Shown here in pieces: positions 42,803 to 50,729 of a DNA stretch of 64,000 nt (positions within the stretch are counted from its first letter, which is position 1; each line of letters opens with the position of its first letter). Origin of the DNA: Eubacteriales bacterium (GTDB lineage Bacteria > Bacillota > Clostridia > Oscillospirales > SIG627); NCBI GenBank assembly GCA_045602025.1, contig JAZSAT010000015.1, positions 109 through 64,108 of the forward strand, read 5' to 3'. The notes below the pieces were generated by a model. It worked only from the letters and a program-made list of their open reading frames with translations. It was not told the DNA's origin and made no database searches. The position numbers were made by a program, and so were the translations under genes.

Positions 42803-43555
42803 ATGAAACCAATCAGAGCAATTGTTCCCGCAGCAGGAAAGGGAAAAAGACTTCAAAAGATCAGTGGCGATACTCCCAAAGCGATGTTTTGCGTAGGGAA
42901 TAGACCCATGCTCGACATTGTCCTTGATAACATTGATTTTATCAAAAAAGAAGACACTTACATTGTTGTCGGTTACGGAAAAGACAGGATCATCGAGCAC
43001 TTCGGTGATGCTCTTACCTATGTGGAGCAAAAAGAGCAGCTCGGCACCGGGCACGCGGTTATGGAGTGCGCATCTCATTTTGAAAGTTTTGACGGCAGTG
43101 TTCTTATTACCTTCGGTGACATGCCTCTTTTCCGCAAACAAGAGCTTGAAAAAATGTGCCGTCAGCATGAAGCAAACGGTGCGGATTGTACCCTGATGAC
43201 TGCCGAAAATGAAGGCCTTACCATGTGGGCAAGAGTAGTCCGCGATGAAAAAGGCGAATTTGCCGCTATTGTTGAGGGTAAGGACTGTACGCCCGAACAG
43301 GCAAAGATCAAAGAACTGTTTTCCGGTGTGATGGTGTTCAACAGCAAATCGCTTTTCCAGATTCTTCCCCAGGTGGGATGTGCCAATGCTCAAAATGAAT
43401 ACTATGTAACAGAGGTACCTGAGCTTATGGTGAAAAAAGGAATGAAGGTTGAAACCTACTTCACCTCTGATGGGGATGACCTTCGTGGTATCAATACCCC
43501 CGAGGACCTTGAGATTTGCGAAAGCATTCTTCGCAAAAGAGGCGTTCTTGCATAA
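42803..43555 (+). CDS. Sugar-1-phosphate nucleotidyltransferase (GlmU N-terminal-domain-like, no acetyltransferase domain)
   Basis: AIVPAAGKGKRL, LGTGHAV, and 250 aa in length. It lies 14 nt downstream of the kinase gene. Confidence 0.7.
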   Translation: MKPIRAIVPAAGKGKRLQKISGDTPKAMFCVGNRPMLDIVLDNIDFIKKEDTYIVVGYGKDRIIEHFGDALTYVEQKEQLGTGHAVMECASHFESFDGSVLITFGDMPLFRKQELEKMCRQHEANGADCTLMTAENEGLTMWARVVRDEKGEFAAIVEGKDCTPEQAKIKELFSGVMVFNSKSLFQILPQVGCANAQNEYYVTEVPELMVKKGMKVETYFTSDGDDLRGINTPEDLEICESILRKRGVLA

Positions 43556-43570
43556 AAAAACTGCATAATA

Positions 43571-43600
43571 AAAAACTCTGCCAATCGGCAGAGTTTTTTT
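43571..43600. terminator. Bidirectional terminator
   Basis: AAAAAACTCTGCC-aat-CGGCAGAGTTTTTTT lies between convergent genes. Confidence 0.8.
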
Positions 43601-43619
43601 GTGTTACAAATTTATGTGC

Positions 43620-44975
43620 TTATGTTACGGAATGGATCCATTTCCCCGAAAGGGTGTACCGAAGGCAAAGGGTAGCCTTTGGAATATCTTCCGACAGAAG
43701 CATTACAAGATAAACCAGAAGGAAGGGCTTTTTCAGAACAATTCCTAAAAGGACAGTCAGGGGAAGCGAGATGCCCCATAAAAAGGCAATATCATAAACG
43801 ACGCCTTTCACGGTGTCTCCTCCGGGACGGAAGATACCGATGATAGAAACATACGGAATATTTCTCAGAGGCATTTCCAAGCTGTAAATCAAAAGCAGCC
43901 ACATTGCAGCGGCAGTTGCTTCTCTTGAAATGGAAAAGAGGGAAAGGATGGGCGCACGGAACAGAATGATCGCGCCGCCGATGCCAATGCTGACAAGCGG
44001 TACCAAAAGTGTAAATCGTTTTGCGTAAATTTGAGCAATATTTTCGTCACCTTTGCCGATGCTTTTTCCGATCATAACGGCACAGGCATTACAAAGACCG
44101 ATGATCAGGACAAATGCAATATTTTCAACGGTTCTTGCAATGGTAAGTGCTGCAATATTGGATTCTCCCATTCTACCGAATACCATGTTGGTACCGGCAA
44201 CACCAAGCGACCACATTGCTTCGTTAAAAAAGACTGGTAGGGAAATGGTGAAGTATTTTCTTACAAATCCTTCGGGGAAGGTAAACATTTTCTTGAGGGA
44301 ACAGCGCAGAATGTAGTTTTTGCAGAGGGAAACCGTTAGAATAAATACCGGGTTTACAAAAGCGGCAACAACAGTTGCAATGGCGGCACCTTGAATTCCG
44401 AGCTTTGGAAATCCCCATAAGCCGAAGATCAAGACTGCATTTAAAACGATATTTACCAGAACAGAGATCAGATTGGACAAAACGGGAAGTTTAACTTGCT
44501 CGGTAGAGCGAAGTATGGTGCAAAAGCCAAGGTTGATTGCGATTCCGATATAGGAAAAGGCGGCAATGCGCAAATACTCTGATCCGAGAGAAATGATTTT
44601 TTCGGAGTTGGTGTAGAATCCCAAAACTACTTCAGGGAATATGGAAATGAGAACTGCAGCAAGGGTTGAGATCAATGTACAGCAGATCATTACAAGTCCA
44701 TAGGTTCTGTGGATGCCGTCAATGTCTTTTTTTCCCCAGTATTGCGCTCCGAAAACGGTGCCGCCTGCCGTAACGCCGAAAAGGGAAACATTGATAAGCT
44801 GTGCAACTTGTGCGGAAACGCCGACGGCACCGACGGCGATATCACCGAGGCGTCCGATCATTAAATTGTCAACGATTGCAAGGGAACTGGAAAGAAGATT
44901 CTGTAGGGCAATGGGGATTGCAAGGGAAAGGATCGTTTTCCAGAATTTTCGATCTTTTAACATGTTTCTTATCAA
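43620..44975 (-). CDS. MATE family efflux transporter
   Basis: 451 aa, 12 TM spans. N-terminal WKTILSLAIPIALQNLLSSSLAIVDNLMIGRLG is the typical MatE start. Confidence 0.85.
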   Translation of the reverse strand: MIRNMLKDRKFWKTILSLAIPIALQNLLSSSLAIVDNLMIGRLGDIAVGAVGVSAQVAQLINVSLFGVTAGGTVFGAQYWGKKDIDGIHRTYGLVMICCTLISTLAAVLISIFPEVVLGFYTNSEKIISLGSEYLRIAAFSYIGIAINLGFCTILRSTEQVKLPVLSNLISVLVNIVLNAVLIFGLWGFPKLGIQGAAIATVVAAFVNPVFILTVSLCKNYILRCSLKKMFTFPEGFVRKYFTISLPVFFNEAMWSLGVAGTNMVFGRMGESNIAALTIARTVENIAFVLIIGLCNACAVMIGKSIGKGDENIAQIYAKRFTLLVPLVSIGIGGAIILFRAPILSLFSISREATAAAMWLLLIYSLEMPLRNIPYVSIIGIFRPGGDTVKGVVYDIAFLWGISLPLTVLLGIVLKKPFLLVYLVMLLSEDIPKATLCLRYTLSGKWIHSVT

Positions 44976-45109
44976 TTTTGTACCTCAAAAACATATGTTG
45001 GAAAAGAATTCTCAAAAAGGTATTTTGCCATTTCGTTTCACCGTAACAGTATAATATTTCATCCAATAACTGTCAAGCAGATAAAGTGATAGTTTTTTTT
45101 GAGAAAATC

Positions 45110-45138
45110 TTGCAAATTGCAAAATAGTATGATACAAT
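45110..45138 (+). promoter_or_regulatory. Candidate promoter of the LRR surface protein gene
   Basis: TTGCAA (45110-45115), 17-nt spacer, TACAAT (45133-45138). This implies a leader of about 165 nt. Confidence 0.45.
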
Positions 45139-45310
45139 GACTCTGTAAATAAATTTATTATAAAATAGGGGTCGTGTTTTGCTTGAAGGCTCTAGCCTGC
45201 CTTAAAATACAGACATTTCTTTTTATACGAAATTTATTTGAATCTCTTTGACTTGCATGTGTGTTAGTCGGTTTGCAGGTTCATTTCTTTATATTTTCAG
45301 GAGGAAAATC

Positions 45311-48300
45311 ATGAAAAAACAGTTGAAGAAAATTGCCATCTTGTGCGTGGTGTTGCTCTTCGTTGTTGCTCCTTTGGCAGGAATCTTCTTCGATCTCCCT
45401 GCTACTGCAGCAATTACAAGCGGTAACTCGGGCACTTGCATGTGGACTCTTGATGGCACAAAGCTTACCATCACGGGCTCCGGTGCGATGGAAAACTACT
45501 CTTTCGGTTCTCAGCCCTGGGGTACAGATGTTACCGAGGTTGTAATCGGAGAGGGCGTTACCTCTATCGGTAATTACGCCTTTTACGGTTGCTCCGCACT
45601 TACTACTGTTACCGTACCGAACAGTGTAGAGTCTATCGGCAAGTATGCTTTCGGACTTTGCGATTCTTTGAAGAAGGTAAATATTTCCGATGTAGGTGCT
45701 TGGTGTAATATTAATTTTGGGGCAAAAACTGCCAATCCCTTGTGTTGCGGTGCTGAGCTCTTTTTAAATGATGCGCTTGTTTCCGATCTTGTCATTCCCG
45801 AAAGTGTAACTTCGATCAAGGATTATGCCTTTGAGGGATGTGACTTTTTGAATTCTGTTACTATCGGTGAAAATGTTACTTCTGTCGGCTATCGTTCTTT
45901 TTATGAATGCACCAACCTGAAGTCTGTTGTGATCGGTAATAAAGTTGCAACCATCGGTGCATATGCATTTAATAATTGCGATCAGCTTTCAGAGGTTGCC
46001 TTCGGGGATAGCGTTGCATCCATTCGTGCTTATGCATTTTATGATTGTGATGTGCTTGGAGCAATTGCTCTTCCCGCAAGCGTTACTTCCATCGGAGATT
46101 ATGCTTTTAGCGGTTGTGAAGGCGTAGAGGCGATTACCGTGGAAGATGGCAATGCTGTATATCATAGCAATGGAAATTGCTTAATCAATACTGCTGATAA
46201 AGCACTTGTTTACGGTTGTAAAAATTCCGTAATTCCTACGGATGATTCCGTTACTTCCATTTGTGAGCGTGCTTTCCAAGGCTGCACAGGCCTTTCTGAG
46301 GTTGTCATTTCCGACAATATCACGTCGGTTGGTGTTTACGCATTTGAGGGTTGTTCCGGTCTTGTGACTGTTGTGATTGGCGATGGTGTTGAAGCTATCA
46401 GTGATTATACCTTCTACAATTGCGAAAAATTAAGCTCTGTTACCTTTGGTCAGAATGTTACCGCTATCGGTAAGCTTGCGTTTTCCTTCTGTGCAAGCCT
46501 TGTTTCCGTCGATCTTCCCGATTCTGTTATCACTCTCGGCGAATATGCATTCAACAACTGTAAAAATCTTACAGCCGTAGACTTTGGCAACAGCCTTACT
46601 TTGATTCCTAAATATTGCTTCTATAGCTGTGATGCACTTACTGTTATCGATATTCCCGCAACGGTTACCTCTATTGAGGAATTTGCTTTCGGCAGCTGCG
46701 ATGGAGTTGCGGAGATTCTTGTGGCAGACGGTAATCCTGTTTATCATGCCGCTGATAACTGCCTCATTAATACTGCAGATAAAGAGATCGTTTTGGGTTG
46801 CAAAGCTTCTGTAATTCCTACTGACGAAACAGTAATCTCTATTGGAGATTATGCATTCTTTGAATGCTCCGGTCTTGCTTCCATTACGATTCCCGATAAT
46901 ATTACCTCTATTGGTAAGAATGCTTTCGAAAGCTGTATCGGACTTAATTATCTTGAACTTCCTGCAAGTATCTCTTCTATCGGAGATTATGCATTCAGCT
47001 CTTGTAATGAGCTTGAAAACTTTGTTTTCTATAAAGGCTCTATCAATGTTGGCGAAGCTGTTTTTGATGGCTGCACCAAACTGAAAGCTATTTGGTATGA
47101 AGGCGATGAAGAGGACAGAAATCAGCTTTCCGTTCATGAGAATAACTACGAATTCAACTCTGATATTTGGCACTATCGTGCTTGTATGATTAACCCCGCT
47201 CCCGAAAAAGAGCATGATTATGATCACGCTTGTGATACCGATTGTAACCGCTGCGGCGGTATAAGAGAGATCACCCACGACTATGAGTGGATCGTTGATC
47301 AAGAAGAAAATTGTGGCTACGACGGTGAAAAGCACGAAGAGTGCACTATATGCCACGTAACGAGAAACGAACATACCGCCATTCCCGCAACCGGTAATCA
47401 TACCTATGATAACAACTGCGATGAAGAGTGTAATGTTTGTGCGATGATCCGTGTGCCCTTCGACCATGTATATGATCACGCTTGTGACGCCGATTGTAAT
47501 GAGTGCGGAGAGGTTCGTCCCTTTGAGCATGCTTACTCTAACAATTGCGATGATAGCTGTAACACGGTAGGCTGCGGCTTCGTTCGCGAGGCACCTCACG
47601 ATTATGATAACGGCTGTGATCAGTCTTGTAATTCCTGCGGCTTTACGAGAGCAACTTTCCACAAGCCTGTAAACGGTATTTGCTCCGAATGCGGTGTGAA
47701 AGCTGCAAGACCGGTTTCCGCTCAGCTTTTGATGGACCGTTACATCAGCATTTTGTTGTACTTTAATAAGGCTGATATTGATTCAGAGTTTACTTACCAG
47801 GTAACCCTTGAAGGACAGGATGCTCCCTTTGTATCCGGTGATTATACCGACCTGAAGCGCAGTGGCAACTATTCTGTTCTTGAAATTAAAGGCATCGGAC
47901 TCGAGTTCTTTAACACCACCTTTAATATTGAAGGTAGAACCTTCTGGGATCCTAATGTTGAAAGATACAATTCTGTTGTAAAGCTTGCAGAACTTGGTGT
48001 TGTAAGCTATGAATCTCCCAGAATCAAGCAGCTTTTCAAATCGATTGCTGATTTGGGAAGAGTTTACGATAATGAAGCTGTTTCTTATGATCTTCATTGC
48101 TTCAAGGAAGCTCCCGGCTCCTCCGGTCTCGCTGCAGAGGAGGGAGCTGCTGTCACCTTTACCGGAAAGAACCTCCTGATGAGCGATGCGATTGGTCTGC
48201 GTCTCTACGGTTCTTGCGACAGCGAGGATGCAGTTCAGGGTATGAAGGTTACCTTGGACGGTGCAAAAGATATCACCGATATTTGTGAGATTTCCGAGCT

Positions 48301-48601
48301 TGCTTTCGATGCTCAGACTGGCAAATATACCTTTACTGTTGATATCTATGTCAGCGTGTCCAAGATGGAAGAAGAGATGGTTATCCTTATTACCGACGGT
48401 GACGGAAAACGCTGCATCGAGCTACACGACCGTGTGGATTGGGTTGCACAGAAGATCCTTTCTAAGGAACCCGACAATGCTTTGGCTGAATATGTTTTGA
48501 TCTATATCCAGTCTGTAAAAGCTTATATGGGAGAAGATGTTCTTGTTAAGCCCAGCGTGCCCGGTGAAGAAACCGAGCTCGGTGGCAAGCTTGAAATCTA
48601 A
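45311..48601 (+). CDS. Secreted BspA-type leucine-rich-repeat protein with Cys/His mini-repeats and the shared ~290-aa C-terminal module
   Basis: The start is at MKKQLKK, after AGGAGG. Signal peptide. About 580 aa of LRR_5-type repeats (IGNYAFYGCSALTTVTVPNSVESIGKYAF...). Six to seven HxYDxxCDxxCNxCG repeats (47213-47719). C-terminal module at 47720-48598. Confidence 0.85.
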   Translation: MKKQLKKIAILCVVLLFVVAPLAGIFFDLPATAAITSGNSGTCMWTLDGTKLTITGSGAMENYSFGSQPWGTDVTEVVIGEGVTSIGNYAFYGCSALTTVTVPNSVESIGKYAFGLCDSLKKVNISDVGAWCNINFGAKTANPLCCGAELFLNDALVSDLVIPESVTSIKDYAFEGCDFLNSVTIGENVTSVGYRSFYECTNLKSVVIGNKVATIGAYAFNNCDQLSEVAFGDSVASIRAYAFYDCDVLGAIALPASVTSIGDYAFSGCEGVEAITVEDGNAVYHSNGNCLINTADKALVYGCKNSVIPTDDSVTSICERAFQGCTGLSEVVISDNITSVGVYAFEGCSGLVTVVIGDGVEAISDYTFYNCEKLSSVTFGQNVTAIGKLAFSFCASLVSVDLPDSVITLGEYAFNNCKNLTAVDFGNSLTLIPKYCFYSCDALTVIDIPATVTSIEEFAFGSCDGVAEILVADGNPVYHAADNCLINTADKEIVLGCKASVIPTDETVISIGDYAFFECSGLASITIPDNITSIGKNAFESCIGLNYLELPASISSIGDYAFSSCNELENFVFYKGSINVGEAVFDGCTKLKAIWYEGDEEDRNQLSVHENNYEFNSDIWHYRACMINPAPEKEHDYDHACDTDCNRCGGIREITHDYEWIVDQEENCGYDGEKHEECTICHVTRNEHTAIPATGNHTYDNNCDEECNVCAMIRVPFDHVYDHACDADCNECGEVRPFEHAYSNNCDDSCNTVGCGFVREAPHDYDNGCDQSCNSCGFTRATFHKPVNGICSECGVKAARPVSAQLLMDRYISILLYFNKADIDSEFTYQVTLEGQDAPFVSGDYTDLKRSGNYSVLEIKGIGLEFFNTTFNIEGRTFWDPNVERYNSVVKLAELGVVSYESPRIKQLFKSIADLGRVYDNEAVSYDLHCFKEAPGSSGLAAEEGAAVTFTGKNLLMSDAIGLRLYGSCDSEDAVQGMKVTLDGAKDITDICEISELAFDAQTGKYTFTVDIYVSVSKMEEEMVILITDGDGKRCIELHDRVDWVAQKILSKEPDNALAEYVLIYIQSVKAYMGEDVLVKPSVPGEETELGGKLEI

Positions 48602-48610
48602 TCAAAACTA

Positions 48611-48645
48611 AAAAAACACACCCGAATATTCGGGTGTGTTTTTTT
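48611..48645 (+). terminator. Terminator of the LRR protein gene
   Basis: AAAAAACACACCCGAATATTCGGGTGTGTTTTTTT. Confidence 0.85.
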
Positions 48646-48676
48646 GATTGATTGCCTTCAAATTCCTTATCTTTTG

Positions 48677-48705
48677 TTTACATATTTGATTTTTCGTGGT
48701 ATAAT
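48677..48705 (+). promoter_or_regulatory. uvrB promoter with extended -10
   Basis: TTTACA (48677-48682), 17-nt spacer ending in TGG, TATAAT (48700-48705). Confidence 0.55.
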
Positions 48706-48746
48706 ATCTTTAATGTGGATTTTTATGCAAAGAAAGGAGTGAGGAT

Positions 48747-50711
48747 GTGGATCACTTTGAATTGGTAGCAGATTATAAGCCTACGGGAGATCAGCCTGAG
48801 GCCATTGATGCCCTTGTAAAAGGACTTGATATCGGCCACAAGGAACAGACCCTTCTCGGTGTTACCGGCTCGGGCAAGACCTTTACCATGGCAAATATTA
48901 TTGCCAAGGCAAACAGACCCACTCTCGTTCTCGCTCATAACAAAACCCTTGCTGCCCAGCTTTGCAGCGAATTCCGTGAGTTTTTTCCCAACAATGCTGT
49001 GGAGTATTTTGTATCCTATTACGATTATTACCAGCCTGAGGCATATATTCCCGGGAAGGATGTTTATATCGAAAAGGACTCTGCGATCAACGAAGAGATC
49101 GATAAGCTTCGCCACAGTGCTACCTCCGCGCTCTTTGAGAGAAGAGATGTGATCATCGTTTCCTCTGTTTCATGTATTTACACTCTTGGTGATCCTGCGG
49201 AATATTCCTCTATGACCGTGTCTTTAAGACCGGGGATGCTCCTTTCACGGGATGATCTTCTTCGCAAGCTTGTTGATATTCAGTATGAACGCAACGATGT
49301 GAATTTTGTTCGAAATAAATTTCGCGTGCGCGGAGATGTTGTTGATATTTTTCCTGCGGGTAACAGCGAAACTGCAGTCCGTGTTGAATTTTTCGGCGAT
49401 GAGATTGATCGTATCGTAGAATTTCACGCTTTAACCGGCACTACTATTGCTACCTTGAATCACATTGTCATTTACCCTGCAAGTCACTACACTACAAGCC
49501 TTGAAAAAAGAGAAAAGGCGATCCGCGAGATCGAAGCAGAGCTTGCAGAAAGAGTAAAATTCTTTGAAGAAAAGGGAAGAGTGCTGGAAGCACAGAGACT
49601 TCGCGACCGCGTCAATTACGATATGGAAATGGTTCGTGAGATCGGCTATTGCAGCGGTATTGAAAACTATTCACGCATTTTCGCCGGGAATCCTCCGGGA
49701 AGCACGCCCTTTACACTCCTCGACTATTTCCCCGATGATTTTCTTTTGATGATCGACGAATCTCATGTTACGATTCCGCAGGTAAGAGCAATGAGTGCCG
49801 GTGACCGCGCAAGAAAAGAAAACCTTGTGGAATACGGGTTCCGTCTCCCTTCCGCATTTGATAACAGACCGCTTCGTTTTGATGAGTTTGAAGAGAAGAT
49901 CGGTCAAACCATCTATGTAAGTGCAACTCCCGCGGAATTTGAGCTTGACAGATCACAGCAGGTTGTGGAACAGATTATTCGACCTACAGGGCTTCTTGAT
50001 CCTCTGTGCGAGGTGAGAAAGACCGAGGACCAGGTAGATGACCTGATCGGCGAAATATTAAAGCGTGTAGAGAAAAAAGAAAGAGTTTTGGTTGTTACAC
50101 TGACCAAAAAAATGGCAGAAGATCTGACCGAATACCTGGCGGAAAAGGGCATTCGCGTGCGTTTTATGCATCACAATGTGGAAACCATGGAGCGAGTGGA
50201 GCTCTTGAAGGATCTGCGCCGGGGTGAATTTGATGTTTTGGTAGGTATCAACCTTTTGCGCGAAGGACTTGACCTGCCTGAGGTATCTTTGATTGCGATT
50301 CTGGATGCGGATAAGGAAGGCTTTCTTCGCAGCCGCCGCAGTCTGATTCAGATCATTGGCAGAGCTGCACGCCATGTTGAAGGCAAGGTTATTTTATATG
50401 CAGATACCGTTACCGATTCCATGAAAATGGCAATGGATGAAACGGCCCGTCGAAGGACCATTCAGGAAGCATATAACAAAGAGCACGGCATTATTCCTCG
50501 AGGAATCGTAAAGAAGGTGCAGTCCCTTCCTTCCGTTACGGAAAAGCCGGACAAGAGCACAAAGAAGAAAAAAGAAAAAATGTCTGCGTCGGAAAAGAGC
50601 CGTCTTTTGGAAAAATTGCGGTTTGAAATGATGGCTGCTGCTAAACGGCTCGATTTCGAAACTGCTGCTGTTTTGCGTGACCGTATGCGTGAACTGCAAG
50701 GTGAAAAATAA
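48747..50711 (+). CDS. uvrB: Excinuclease ABC subunit B
   Basis: [27 protein letters not shown], and the C-terminal UVR domain ([21 protein letters not shown]). GTG start. Confidence 0.95.
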   Translation: MDHFELVADYKPTGDQPEAIDALVKGLDIGHKEQTLLGVTGSGKTFTMANIIAKANRPTLVLAHNKTLAAQLCSEFREFFPNNAVEYFVSYYDYYQPEAYIPGKDVYIEKDSAINEEIDKLRHSATSALFERRDVIIVSSVSCIYTLGDPAEYSSMTVSLRPGMLLSRDDLLRKLVDIQYERNDVNFVRNKFRVRGDVVDIFPAGNSETAVRVEFFGDEIDRIVEFHALTGTTIATLNHIVIYPASHYTTSLEKREKAIREIEAELAERVKFFEEKGRVLEAQRLRDRVNYDMEMVREIGYCSGIENYSRIFAGNPPGSTPFTLLDYFPDDFLLMIDESHVTIPQVRAMSAGDRARKENLVEYGFRLPSAFDNRPLRFDEFEEKIGQTIYVSATPAEFELDRSQQVVEQIIRPTGLLDPLCEVRKTEDQVDDLIGEILKRVEKKERVLVVTLTKKMAEDLTEYLAEKGIRVRFMHHNVETMERVELLKDLRRGEFDVLVGINLLREGLDLPEVSLIAILDADKEGFLRSRRSLIQIIGRAARHVEGKVILYADTVTDSMKMAMDETARRRTIQEAYNKEHGIIPRGIVKKVQSLPSVTEKPDKSTKKKKEKMSASEKSRLLEKLRFEMMAAAKRLDFETAAVLRDRMRELQGEK

Positions 50712-50729
50712 TCGAAGAAGGAAACAATT

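Noticed and set aside
48646-48746. LexA (Cheo-type CGAAC-N4-GTTCG) box upstream of uvrB.
   Set aside because: No GAAC...GTTC dyad was found by eye in the promoter region, so SOS control cannot be claimed from this sequence.
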